From: Spirochaetia bacterium
GTDB lineage: Bacteria; Spirochaetota; Spirochaetia; WTKD01; G963693115
Reading direction: 5' to 3'
Assembly (NCBI GenBank): GCA_965226055.1
Contig: CBDDCA010000002.1
Location: forward strand, 32,001-96,000
Length of the DNA: 64,000 nucleotides
Under the pieces are notes generated by a model. It had not been told where the DNA came from. It did no database searches and was given only the letters and a program-made list of their open reading frames with translations. The position numbers were made by a program, and so were the translations under genes. Below are positions 10,159-20,226 of this stretch, piece after piece (the first letter of the stretch is position 1; each line of letters starts with the position of its first letter).

Positions 10159-11126
10159 AAAGATTTGTGTTATATGTTCAAAAGATAAGCAGAGAGTACA
10201 GCATCTATATTGTATTATTGATACTGTTTATACTTTGTACTTTTTTGAATGAAAATTTTCTTACAGTAGGAAACTTAACTAATATTTCTCGTCAAATATC
10301 AGTGACAACAATATTGGCATTTGGAGCTACTATTTTGATTATTGGTGGGATGCTTGATTTATCCTGTGGTTCTGTTCTTGCATTGTCAGGAACTATCTCG
10401 GTATATGTGTATACACAAGGAGGAACACTGCTATCAGCGGTATTTGTTGGGATATTGGTAGGGGTGCTGTGTAATTTTGTGAATGGTATCTTAGTACAGG
10501 TATTTCATGCTCCGCCTTTTATTGCAACACTTGCTATGCTCACTATGGCAAGAGGAGCTGCCTTACTCTTTACAAAAGGGAGAGATATATATCAAATTGG
10601 CAATTATACGGTATTAGGACAAGGAAGTATTGGAATTATTCCTATTCCTGTAATAGTCATGCTAGCTATTATGGGGCTAACATGGTATATGTTATCTCAT
10701 ACACGGTTTGGGAGATCTCTGTATGCAATAGGAGGAAACGAAGATGCAGCCAGAGTATCAGGTATCAATACAGGCAAAATTAAGATAATGGCATATCTTA
10801 TAAATGGAGTTTTTGTTGCTATAGCTGGTATGTTATTTATGGCAAGAATAAATGTAGGAAGCCCTAATGGTGGTGTTGGCTATGAGTTTGAAGCATTGAC
10901 TGCCGCTATTATTGGAGGAACAAGTTTTTCGGGAGGTATTGGGTCTGCTTCTGGAACACTTGCAGGAGCATTTATAGTTGGATTCTTAAACAATATTATG
11001 AATTTATTAGGGATTGATTCATATTTACAGCAAACGATAAAAGGAGCAATTATCGCATTAGCGGTGATATATGATATATATGCAAAAAATAAAAGAGTAT
11101 CTAAAAAATTAGGAAAACAGGTATGA
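10155..11126 (+). CDS. Sugar ABC transporter permease (RbsC type)
   Basis: LDLSCGS, PPFIATL, TRFGR.LYAIGGN..AARVSGI. Confidence 0.95.
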   Translation: MKRFVLYVQKISREYSIYIVLLILFILCTFLNENFLTVGNLTNISRQISVTTILAFGATILIIGGMLDLSCGSVLALSGTISVYVYTQGGTLLSAVFVGILVGVLCNFVNGILVQVFHAPPFIATLAMLTMARGAALLFTKGRDIYQIGNYTVLGQGSIGIIPIPVIVMLAIMGLTWYMLSHTRFGRSLYAIGGNEDAARVSGINTGKIKIMAYLINGVFVAIAGMLFMARINVGSPNGGVGYEFEALTAAIIGGTSFSGGIGSASGTLAGAFIVGFLNNIMNLLGIDSYLQQTIKGAIIALAVIYDIYAKNKRVSKKLGKQV

Positions 11127-11206
11127 TATAGTAATATTACGTAAAGTAAATTAAGAATGTAATATACTATACTATATATAGTATTTTCATGTATAAGGAG
11201 GTTTAT

Positions 11207-12229
11207 ATGAAAAATATAGTTTCTATGATAGTGATAGTAGCAGCCTTGTTGATAGTTGCTATTAGTTCTGTATCTTGTGTTCGTAATGATGTAAAACAGA
11301 AAGAGGAAACACAAGAATCATCTGATCAATCTGTTAAGAGTGATGCTATGCAAAAAACATATCGTGTAGCTTTTATTGCAAGAGCACAACAAGATTCGTT
11401 TGCCGCGTGGTTGGTTAATTCACTGGAGCGTGTTGCTAAACAAGAATATCCTGATATAAAACTTGATATTTTTGATAGTCAAGCTGATGATGCAAAAGAG
11501 AATGCGTTTATTGAAAATGCTCTTACCAATAAGTATGATTTGATTATAGTACAGCCAAATAATACTGAAGCTCAGCGTCCCTATATTGAAAAAATTGTCG
11601 CTGCTAATATTCCTGTAATCACGACTAACCCTAGAATTGATGTTGCTGGAGCAAATACGGTGGATGCTGATCCGTATGAACAAGCTGCTATCAATGCAAG
11701 AGTGGCGTTGCAGCAGATTCCTCAAAATGCCAATGTGGTCATTCTTAATGGCCCTCCAGGAAATACACATGCTATTAAAAGAAGGGAAGCGTGGCAAAGA
11801 GAGTTTTTAGACAAAAGAAATGATGTAACAATAGTAGGGGAACAAATTGCAAATTGGAATAAAGATGAGGCTATACGATATATGGAAGATTGGGTGCAAG
11901 TAAATCCTAAAATTGACGCTGTCATTTCTATGAATGATAATATGGCAGCGGGTGCTATTGAAGTGATAAAGGACAATAAAGCGTATGAGAATATATTAGT
12001 GTATGGAGTTGATGGAACAGTTGAGGCTGCATTGCTTATACAAGAGGGAAAGTTTACTTCTACATCTTTACAAAATGCGTATACATTAGCAGAAGTAAAT
12101 CTTCAGGCGGCTCATGATTTATTGACAGGAAAAGTTGAAAGATTAGATATAGATATAAAATGTCCACTATACGATAGTAGTAATGTTGATGAACTTATTC
12201 AGATACATAAAGAAGCAGGAGCTTTATAA
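11207..12229 (+). CDS. Sugar ABC substrate-binding lipoprotein (RbsB type)
   Basis: SD aaggagg before ATG 11207; SVSC lipobox; NDNMAAGA, GVDG. Confidence 0.9.
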   Translation: MKNIVSMIVIVAALLIVAISSVSCVRNDVKQKEETQESSDQSVKSDAMQKTYRVAFIARAQQDSFAAWLVNSLERVAKQEYPDIKLDIFDSQADDAKENAFIENALTNKYDLIIVQPNNTEAQRPYIEKIVAANIPVITTNPRIDVAGANTVDADPYEQAAINARVALQQIPQNANVVILNGPPGNTHAIKRREAWQREFLDKRNDVTIVGEQIANWNKDEAIRYMEDWVQVNPKIDAVISMNDNMAAGAIEVIKDNKAYENILVYGVDGTVEAALLIQEGKFTSTSLQNAYTLAEVNLQAAHDLLTGKVERLDIDIKCPLYDSSNVDELIQIHKEAGAL

Positions 12230-12258
12230 TATCATATTTTAATTGCTAGGAGGAGTAT

Positions 12259-13284
12259 ATGCAATCATTAGTATTAGAAAAACAACATTCATTATCATTG
12301 AGAGATTTTGAAGTACAGGAAGTGCTTGGAGCTACTGATGTAAGAATTCAGATAAAGGCCTGTGGTATATGCGGGAGCGATGTACATTATTTCAAAGAGG
12401 GAAGAATTGGTGATTTTATAGTACGAGAACCAATGATACTTGGACATGAGGCTTCAGGAGTGGTAATTGAAGTAGGGGAGCAGGTGCGTTCTGTAAAGGT
12501 AGGAGAGAGAGTATGTATGGAGCCAGGTATACCCAATTATATGTCAACAGAGTCTTTGGAAGGAAACTATAATCTTGATGATGATGTACGTTTTTGGGCA
12601 ACTCCTCCTGTACATGGAGTGATGAGGGAGAGCGTGGTGCATCCAGAAGCATTGACATTTAAGCTGCCCGATAATGTCAGCTTTCATGAAGGAGCAATGA
12701 TTGAGCCACTTGCAGTAGGAGTTGAAGCAGCAAAAAGAGCTCATGTGTGTCCTGGCGATATAGCACTTGTCACTGGAGCTGGCCCTATTGGAATTTTAGT
12801 GGCACTGAGTGCACTTGCAAGTGGCTGTAGTAAAGTAGTCATTTCTGATCTATCTGATATAAAACTGAACATTGCATCTCAGTTTGAAGGAATAGTAATA
12901 TCAACCCCTACTGATCTTAGTGAGACAGTAAAGAGAGAAACAGAAGGAAAAGGAGTGGATATATTATTTGAGGCAAGTGGAAGTACAGTATTGTTTCCTG
13001 ATATATTTAGGTTGTGTAAAAAAGCATCTCGTGCAATTCTTGTGGGAATGTCAAGTTCTCCAGTATTACTTGATGTTCCGCTTATACAAACAAGAGGGAT
13101 AAAAATTGATACTGTGTTTCGATATGTAAATTGTTTTAAGCGTGCGTTACAATTAGTTTCATCAAAAAAAGTACAAATAACAAGTCTTATCAGTAAAACA
13201 TTTTCTTTTGCAGACTCAGTTGAAGCATATCATTTTGCAGCAGAAGGGAGAGAAGATATAGTGAAAGTGATGATAGATTTTTAA
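12259..13284 (+). CDS. Zn-dependent polyol dehydrogenase (xylitol/sorbitol dehydrogenase-like)
   Basis: [33 protein letters not shown]. Confidence 0.9.
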   Translation: MQSLVLEKQHSLSLRDFEVQEVLGATDVRIQIKACGICGSDVHYFKEGRIGDFIVREPMILGHEASGVVIEVGEQVRSVKVGERVCMEPGIPNYMSTESLEGNYNLDDDVRFWATPPVHGVMRESVVHPEALTFKLPDNVSFHEGAMIEPLAVGVEAAKRAHVCPGDIALVTGAGPIGILVALSALASGCSKVVISDLSDIKLNIASQFEGIVISTPTDLSETVKRETEGKGVDILFEASGSTVLFPDIFRLCKKASRAILVGMSSSPVLLDVPLIQTRGIKIDTVFRYVNCFKRALQLVSSKKVQITSLISKTFSFADSVEAYHFAAEGREDIVKVMIDF

Positions 13285-13304
13285 GAAGCAATAAAAGGAA
13301 CGAT

Positions 13305-14300
13305 ATGAAAAAAATTGCTCTCATAGGTGCTGGTTTTATTGGAAATATTCATGCTCAAAGTCTTGTTTGTCATCCAGAGGTGGATTTTAAGTATATATTT
13401 GATGTTGATTCTGATCGAGCAAAGCAATTAGCACAACAATATAACGTAAAAGCTGTTGATATTACTACGATTATGGAATCTGATGTTGATGCTGTGCTTA
13501 TAGCTTCGTCTACAAATACACATGCAGATATTTGTAAACTAGCAGTAAAATATGGCAAAGGGATATTATGTGAGAAACCTATTGACTTACAATTAAAGAA
13601 AGTACGTACTATATGTGACATAGTAGAAAGTTCTGGTGTTCCTAATATGGTAGATTTTAATCGTAGGTTTGATGCGAGTCATAGTGCGTTAAAACAAGCT
13701 CTCATGCAGAAAAAAGCAGGGAATATTGAGATTATTCAGATAACAGCCCGCGATCAATCTCCTCCTTTGTTGGAATATGTGAAAACATCTGGAGGACAGA
13801 TGCGTGATCAAACAATACATTTTTTTGATTTATTGTGTTATCTGAGTGATGATTATCCTGTTGAAATATATGTTATGGCAGATGCTTTGATAAACAAGGA
13901 AATTGGAGCTGCAGGAGACACAGATACTGCTGTTATTTCACTTCGTATGTCATCAGGGGCTTTGGCTCTTATAGATTGTAGCAGACGTTCTCCTTGTGGG
14001 TATGATGAGCGAATTGAGGTTATGGGATCTAAAGCTATGCTGGAGTCTAAACGTCAAATGCATCGGCATTTTGCACAGTATGAAGGCAATTATGTCAAAA
14101 GTGATGGGTTTTATGATAGCTGGTATGAAAGAATAAAAGATACATACTACAATGCACTGGATATGTTTGTACATGTGTTGTATGGAAAAAAGACTTCAGT
14201 ACCAATTCCTGATTTTAAGGATGGGTTACATACACAGATTATTGCAGAGTCAGCGACTAAATCGTTACGGTTGGGGCGACCTATAAAAATACAGTATTGA
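13305..14300 (+). CDS. iolG: Inositol 2-dehydrogenase (Gfo/Idh/MocA family)
   Basis: GAGFIG, CEKPI, FNRRFD, SGG..RD.TIHFFD, GYDERIEV. Confidence 0.82.
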   Translation: MKKIALIGAGFIGNIHAQSLVCHPEVDFKYIFDVDSDRAKQLAQQYNVKAVDITTIMESDVDAVLIASSTNTHADICKLAVKYGKGILCEKPIDLQLKKVRTICDIVESSGVPNMVDFNRRFDASHSALKQALMQKKAGNIEIIQITARDQSPPLLEYVKTSGGQMRDQTIHFFDLLCYLSDDYPVEIYVMADALINKEIGAAGDTDTAVISLRMSSGALALIDCSRRSPCGYDERIEVMGSKAMLESKRQMHRHFAQYEGNYVKSDGFYDSWYERIKDTYYNALDMFVHVLYGKKTSVPIPDFKDGLHTQIIAESATKSLRLGRPIKIQY

Positions 14301-14317
14301 GCAGTACTAAGCTGTAC

Positions 14318-15091
14318 TTAAGTATGGGAAACACGTAGTATATCTTCTATAAATTGTTCTACTGGTATCAATCCCGATGGCTTTTTTGTATATACCCATT
14401 CTGCTGCTCTTACTGCTCCTAAAGCAAAGCCTGAGCGTGTACGTGCTCTATGGCTGAGTGTAAGTGTATCAAAACTACTGTCAGCACTTACTTCGTGGTA
14501 ACCAGGCTCTTTTCCTACTCTTTGTGAAACAATAGCAAGCTGTGATGGATCGATAGGAGTGCTATTAGGGAGGTCTATGGTAATGGCAGTTTTTCTGTCT
14601 AGTGTATCAAGTATTTTTTTTGCAGTAGAAAGTGCTGTCCCAGAAGGGCGGTCAATTTTTTGTGCATGATGTGTTTCTTGTATAGTTATGTCATACTCTT
14701 GAACATTGTTTAAGAATTGAGCGAGTATTCCAGAAGTTTTCATAAATATATGTGCGCCAATAGAAAAGTTTGAACCGTACAGATACGCAATGGAAGACTG
14801 TTGTACTATTGATTGAATGTGTGACATATCTTGTGACCATCCTGTAGTACCAATAATTGCAGGTATGGTATTCTGTGCATATATGTGAGCATTTTCTACA
14901 ATGGAGCTTGCTGTTGAAAATTCGATAGCTATGTCTATAGTTTCTTTTTCAAAATTAATGGTGTTTAGATGAGTGCAGGTGGCATCTGATGCATATGGAT
15001 CAACTGTATGGACTATGCTATGATTATGTTGTAGAGCTTGTTGTTCTATTTCTTTTCCCATACGACCATATCCTACAATAAGAATATTCAT
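14318..15091 (-). CDS. dapB: 4-hydroxy-tetrahydrodipicolinate reductase
   Basis: GYGRMG, GTTGW, NFSIG, ETHH..K.D.PSGTA, R.GFALGA. Confidence 0.95.
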   Translation of the reverse strand: MNILIVGYGRMGKEIEQQALQHNHSIVHTVDPYASDATCTHLNTINFEKETIDIAIEFSTASSIVENAHIYAQNTIPAIIGTTGWSQDMSHIQSIVQQSSIAYLYGSNFSIGAHIFMKTSGILAQFLNNVQEYDITIQETHHAQKIDRPSGTALSTAKKILDTLDRKTAITIDLPNSTPIDPSQLAIVSQRVGKEPGYHEVSADSSFDTLTLSHRARTRSGFALGAVRAAEWVYTKKPSGLIPVEQFIEDILRVSHT

Positions 15092-15104
15092 ATGTTCTCC
15101 TTTT

Positions 15105-16115
15105 TTATGTTTTTCTTTCTTGTATAAGCGTCATTGCAGAGCTAATAACAATTTCGTCAGTAGTACAGCCTCGTGATAAATCGCTTACGGGAGCTGCAAG
15201 TCCTTGTATTATTGGTCCGTAGGCAGAAGCAGAGCCGAAGATTTGAGTGCTTTTGTAGCTTATATTTGCACTGGCAAGATTAGGAAAAATAAGAGTGTTG
15301 GCTTTTCCTGCTACCGATGAATGAGGAGCTTTGAGCTGTGCTACCTCAGGACGAAGTGCAGCATCCATCTGTAGTTCACCGTCAATGAGTAATGCTGGGT
15401 GATTTTTCTGCATCTCTGTGGCTGCTTTTTGTACGACATCTACTTCTGGATGTTTGGCAGATCCTTTTGTAGAAAAAGATAGAAACGCTATTTTTGCTTC
15501 TGCTTCAAGATATACTCTACATGTATCTATTGCAGCGAGAGCTATCTGTACTAATTCTTCTGAGTTAGGATGTGGGATAATTGCACAATCTGAGAATACA
15601 AGGCATCCTTGTTCTCCTAAATGAGTATTGGGATGTTCAATAATAAAGGCAGAGGATATAAGTTTTAATCCAGAAGCTACTCCAATTACCTGTAATGCTG
15701 CACGTAACACATCAGCAGTCGAAGTGATAGCTCCTGCAATCATTGCATGGTATTCTTCTTTTGCTACGAGTGCAGTTGCAAAGTAAAGAGGGTTTTTCAT
15801 GGTAGCATATGCAGTCTCTTCATCAACATTTTTATGCTTTCTTTTTTCATAAAAGAAATGAGCATAATCTTCTAGTCTTGTATCTGTTTCACTATCAATT
15901 ATTTCTGTCTTGTGTTCATTGAGATGAATTGAATAGCTATCTACTGTTTTTGAAATGGTGTCTTTATTTCCTATAAGGCAGATATGTGAAACTATGTTTT
16001 TTTCTTGTAACAGAGCAGCTGCTTTCAATACACGTTCATCACTACTTTCAGGGAGCACAAGACTCCTCTGCATTGACTGGGCTTTTTGTATTATTTTTTC
16101 GCTAAATTGTGTCAT
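15105..16115 (-). CDS. pta: Phosphate acetyltransferase
   Basis: SFSTKGSA, DGELQ.DAAL, DLSRGC. Confidence 0.95.
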   Translation of the reverse strand: MTQFSEKIIQKAQSMQRSLVLPESSDERVLKAAALLQEKNIVSHICLIGNKDTISKTVDSYSIHLNEHKTEIIDSETDTRLEDYAHFFYEKRKHKNVDEETAYATMKNPLYFATALVAKEEYHAMIAGAITSTADVLRAALQVIGVASGLKLISSAFIIEHPNTHLGEQGCLVFSDCAIIPHPNSEELVQIALAAIDTCRVYLEAEAKIAFLSFSTKGSAKHPEVDVVQKAATEMQKNHPALLIDGELQMDAALRPEVAQLKAPHSSVAGKANTLIFPNLASANISYKSTQIFGSASAYGPIIQGLAAPVSDLSRGCTTDEIVISSAMTLIQERKT

Positions 16116-16153
16116 ATATCACTTTATTATAGTATATTTTATATAATAATTAT

Positions 16154-17098
16154 ATGAGGGATACCCGTACTTTACATTGTTGTGTTGCTGGACTTGGGAG
16201 ATTTGGTATGTTCTGGTTTGAGCTATTGTATAAACAAAGAAAGGTGTTGCATGAGATGGGAAGTACTCTTATACACAGAGAGAATGTTACTACTGTAGAT
16301 GCAAGCGTATCCCATACTGCTTATGCACCAGTGAGCAATATTGAGTTTTTGTTATATGATCCTGCATTTTCAAAAGAGATGCACACTACAGTACAGAAGA
16401 TATGTGACACATATACAGCAACAGAAGAAGATGGGGCTACCCATACAGAATTGCATGCCTCTGTTACTACTGAGCTAAGTATTGCTACAAAAGATATGCT
16501 AGCTTTGGCTGATGTTATATTTTTATGTATGCCCATATCGGTATTAGAGACACAAGCAACAGAGCTTCTTTCTTATTGTCATGAAAATGTTATTGTATTT
16601 GATACATGTTCGGTAAAAGAAAAGCCTGTACAGTGGATAAATGCTGCACGCAAAGCAACACAATATTTTATGGCTACTCATCCTCTTTTTGGGCCAGATT
16701 CATTTGAAGATGAGCGTAGCAGAAAAATAGTGCTTAGTGCTGTCCATATGACTCCTCATCTTCTTGTAGCATGGGAAGTATACTTTACCGCTATAGGATT
16801 ACATTGTTTACAGTTAAGTCCTGCCGAACATGACAAACAGATTGCGTATACACAGGGGCTTACTCATCTTGTAGGTCGTATCTTAAAACATATTCCACAA
16901 CAGTCCTATACTGTTAGCACTAAGGGATTTTTGTCTTTACAAGAGATTATTTCACAGACCTGCAATGATTCTGCCGAACTGTTTCTTGATTTACAGGTAC
17001 ACAATCAGTATTCTGCAGAAGTATGGAATGCTTTTTCACATGCGTATGAGACAGTGCTTGATACACTGCATAAAAGTGAGAGGGGGAGTAAAGAGTAG
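16154..17098 (+). CDS. tyrA: Prephenate/arogenate dehydrogenase
   Basis: GLGRFG, DTCSVK, THPLFGP, EHDKQIAYTQGLTH. Confidence 0.85.
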   Translation: MRDTRTLHCCVAGLGRFGMFWFELLYKQRKVLHEMGSTLIHRENVTTVDASVSHTAYAPVSNIEFLLYDPAFSKEMHTTVQKICDTYTATEEDGATHTELHASVTTELSIATKDMLALADVIFLCMPISVLETQATELLSYCHENVIVFDTCSVKEKPVQWINAARKATQYFMATHPLFGPDSFEDERSRKIVLSAVHMTPHLLVAWEVYFTAIGLHCLQLSPAEHDKQIAYTQGLTHLVGRILKHIPQQSYTVSTKGFLSLQEIISQTCNDSAELFLDLQVHNQYSAEVWNAFSHAYETVLDTLHKSERGSKE

Positions 17099-17118
17099 TG
17101 GAGCGGTGTTTTAGTTTC

Positions 17119-17159
17119 CTTTTTTTGCTTCTTTGTCGCGTTTAATCCTTGAACTCGCA
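17119..17159 (-). mobile_element. Solo IS30-family end (IRL-like)
   Basis: ttttttgcttctttgtcgcgtttaatccttgaactcgc matches the IS left end with a few substitutions. Confidence 0.88.
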
Positions 17160-17177
17160 AGCATGATTTCCTTTTTG

Positions 17178-17206
17178 TTGCATTTATGTATAAAGTATTA
17201 TATAAT
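17178..17206 (+). promoter_or_regulatory. sigma70-type promoter
   Basis: TTGCAT-17nt-TATAAT. Confidence 0.6.
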
Positions 17207-17290
17207 TTATAACTGGGTAAAGGAGGATGGTTTAATCTAATATTGATTATCCATGCCAGCCCCATTATTAATTATTTAGGAGGGTAGGAT

Positions 17291-18592
17291 ATGTGGCTTT
17301 TTACTAAAAAAAAGAAAATGGAAGAGAATAGAATTATTTGTAAGCAATTTAATAATACAGAAGGAAACTCGCCTGTGACCCTTTTAAAAATTGAAGGAGA
17401 TCAAAAAGAAAAATTTTTGAATATTTTAAATGTAGATGCTTTAGAAAAAGAGGGATCATATAAAAAAGGCAGTAAAGTATCCTCTTTCGATATGTTACCA
17501 TTAATCTCAGCTGCAGGGTTTTCATTTGTACCAAATGACTTATATATAGCTACTGAGGATCCTTCAGATTTAATGCGTATTGGAGAAGGAGTTGGGAGTC
17601 CGATTGTAAATGCAGGAAAAATTGTTGGGCATGCTTCTTTTGTTAAATTTCCAACTTCTTCTATATATACCCATTTAATTGCGCTTCAGGTAATAACAAG
17701 TATAAGTATTCAGAATAATTTTAAGGTAGTAAATGAAAAATTAGATTCTATTAAAAATGATCTTATAAGAATGAAAACAGAAAACAATGCAGAGGTTATT
17801 GGTAGATTAGAAAGTGCTAAAAAAATAATTAATAGTATAGAGGAGCAGTATGCAGTAAATAATGATTTTACAAATGATATGAAACAAAGATTAAATCCTT
17901 TAGAGCATGATATAGGTTCTATATTTGAGAAATATGAATCTTTATATGATAAACAAAAATTGGATAAAGAGAGTAATAAAGACGATATAAACACAAAAAT
18001 ATTATATGCTAATATTTATCTTTTTGCTTCTTTTCTTGATATAAAGATCTCATTTTTACGAAAAATGTTTGATGCACAGGAAAACCTACGCAGAAAAAGA
18101 CACCGCAGACTCTTCGCTTTTTTACGAAAAATGTTTGATGCAAAGGAATACCCTGAGTATATAGATATTGCTGATATTAAACAAAAAATTAAGCATTGCG
18201 AAGATGCTTTGGAAAAAATTTGTAAAATACCTAATGAATTAGATTTTGTGAATGAAAATAAAATTGATCACTGCCCTAGTATTTTTGTAGAAATATTATC
18301 AATTCCTGTTTTTTTGTTTACCAAAGGAAAAACCCGCCTTATTAGTTCTTTATTAGCAGGATTTGTATCCTTTTCATTTAGGCAGGGAGAGAAAAGAGAA
18401 AAAAAGAGATTAAAAAGTAACAAAAGATATTTGCTTGAGCAAGGAAAAAAAGTATCCGAAAAATGCAAAATGATGAAAAAAGAAATTGAAGAAATAAAAA
18501 AAGCTTTGAACTCAACTATATACCATATTTATTTTCGAAAAAAAACTTACGTACTAACAAGTGATATTCAGTTTAAAGAGCCAAGCAAATAA
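17291..18592 (+). CDS. Hypothetical helical/coiled-coil protein, AT-rich
   Basis: 433-aa ORF with SD aggagg; no recognised motif; internal in-frame duplication. Confidence 0.65.
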   Translation: MWLFTKKKKMEENRIICKQFNNTEGNSPVTLLKIEGDQKEKFLNILNVDALEKEGSYKKGSKVSSFDMLPLISAAGFSFVPNDLYIATEDPSDLMRIGEGVGSPIVNAGKIVGHASFVKFPTSSIYTHLIALQVITSISIQNNFKVVNEKLDSIKNDLIRMKTENNAEVIGRLESAKKIINSIEEQYAVNNDFTNDMKQRLNPLEHDIGSIFEKYESLYDKQKLDKESNKDDINTKILYANIYLFASFLDIKISFLRKMFDAQENLRRKRHRRLFAFLRKMFDAKEYPEYIDIADIKQKIKHCEDALEKICKIPNELDFVNENKIDHCPSIFVEILSIPVFLFTKGKTRLISSLLAGFVSFSFRQGEKREKKRLKSNKRYLLEQGKKVSEKCKMMKKEIEEIKKALNSTIYHIYFRKKTYVLTSDIQFKEPSK

Positions 18593-18651
18593 ATGTTTCA
18601 AATGAGTATCACAACAAAGCCCACAAACATACGCACTAAAAACAACTGTAT

Positions 18652-20226
18652 TTGTGCTACTATAGTAAAAGTACTATTGTTATGCGAAAAAATATACGGT
18701 GTTTCTTTTACTGCTTTCTCATTTTCTCGGTATTGTTGACTGTTTCTTGTTCAAACAATAGAAAGAAGAACAGCAATATAGTGAAGGATATCACTCCACG
18801 AAGTACAGACAATATACCGATTATTGAATCTAGCATTCATAGATCAAATGAAAATGTTCCTCAAGAGGCTTCTGAGGCGATAGTTTCTTCCGAGACAGTA
18901 TTCTCTAGTTTGGTGCCTAGAGATTACTCAATTATTGGCGTTAAGTGGGCAAACTTAGATGTAGATGATATTGAAGAGGCGGTAGTGGTTGTTACAAAAA
19001 AAGGACAGGACTCTGTAAATGTGTTGATAGCTAAGTTCAATACAAACACTGAAAGATATTTTTTTCTGTGGCAAGAAACTACTACCATTATTAGAAACAG
19101 CTTTATTTCATTACATATCTATGATATCAATGATGATGGAAGAAAAGAAATTATTATAGAAGGAAGTAACGAAAACTTACAACAACAGCTAACTGTATTT
19201 TATTTAGATACCCCTAGCTATAATCTTAGAAACTATCAAAATATATTTACTATATCAGGAGTAGGAGGAGGAGATATTGAGTTGCAATTACCTCAAGATT
19301 CATTTTCTGCTGTAGGTATTATCGTGTACCAGATTGATGAAACAAAAGAGGTAATTGAAAAGAAGTCGTATGTATGGAACGATGCTATTTCTAACTTTGC
19401 TCTTTTACGCAATGAGGTATTTTCTTTTGAAGATCAAGCAAAGGAGCGTGTAAACACATTGAATACACGAGATACTCAAGTATGGCTTACTTTTCTGAAC
19501 GGGTTATGGGTGTACGAAAAAGATACTCAACATAGCAATAGTGTTGAAAATGAGCAAATGCATATGCTCTATTTTTCTAATAACGCTCCTGAGCTAAGTG
19601 TGATAAAGAATGATTCTATGAGATTTTATCAATGGGGCAACAGAGCATCAAGGATGTTTCGTGCTAATATTGGTATACAAGTGCAAGTTTCTAATGTAGT
19701 GTTGCCAGATATTTTTGCTTCTTTATCAATAGAAGTATTATCAGAAAAGCAAATAAGCATAGCACTTGAAAAAGATGAATATAGTGAAGCTATTAGAGGT
19801 GTTTTTACACAAGTAAATGTAAATGATATTATTGAGGAAAAGTACGCTCTATTTTCTCTCTTTGAACAGTATGGTATAGCAAGGAAACTGAAGCAAATTC
19901 AAGAATGGGTTATTGGAAATAAGGAAGATAGTAATACAGATAATGCCTATGTATTCTCCCAAGATTCTGTTTCCATTTTTGTTGTCAATAACAATAACTC
20001 ATATACCTATAGAATTTTCAATATAGCAAATGAGTTTTTTATGGAGCTAAAGCATGATGAGCTTCATAGGTTTTATAAATTTACCAATGTTCATGAAATA
20101 GATTTTAATGATGAAGAATCGTCCTTTGCTTTGTTACTACAGCCTTATGTTATTACAAGCAGTAAAGCCTACCCGCTTGATAACGCTAATGATATTCTTC
20201 TTAAGAAAAGTGAAGTCGATAGTTAA
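18652..20226 (+). CDS. Lipoprotein resembling spirochaetal pallilysin-related adhesins (start probably 18682)
   Basis: TVSC lipobox; NLD.D..EE and DINDDG..EIII.G FG-GAP-like motifs; FLNGLW. Confidence 0.6.
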   Translation: MCYYSKSTIVMRKNIRCFFYCFLIFSVLLTVSCSNNRKKNSNIVKDITPRSTDNIPIIESSIHRSNENVPQEASEAIVSSETVFSSLVPRDYSIIGVKWANLDVDDIEEAVVVVTKKGQDSVNVLIAKFNTNTERYFFLWQETTTIIRNSFISLHIYDINDDGRKEIIIEGSNENLQQQLTVFYLDTPSYNLRNYQNIFTISGVGGGDIELQLPQDSFSAVGIIVYQIDETKEVIEKKSYVWNDAISNFALLRNEVFSFEDQAKERVNTLNTRDTQVWLTFLNGLWVYEKDTQHSNSVENEQMHMLYFSNNAPELSVIKNDSMRFYQWGNRASRMFRANIGIQVQVSNVVLPDIFASLSIEVLSEKQISIALEKDEYSEAIRGVFTQVNVNDIIEEKYALFSLFEQYGIARKLKQIQEWVIGNKEDSNTDNAYVFSQDSVSIFVVNNNNSYTYRIFNIANEFFMELKHDELHRFYKFTNVHEIDFNDEESSFALLLQPYVITSSKAYPLDNANDILLKKSEVDS

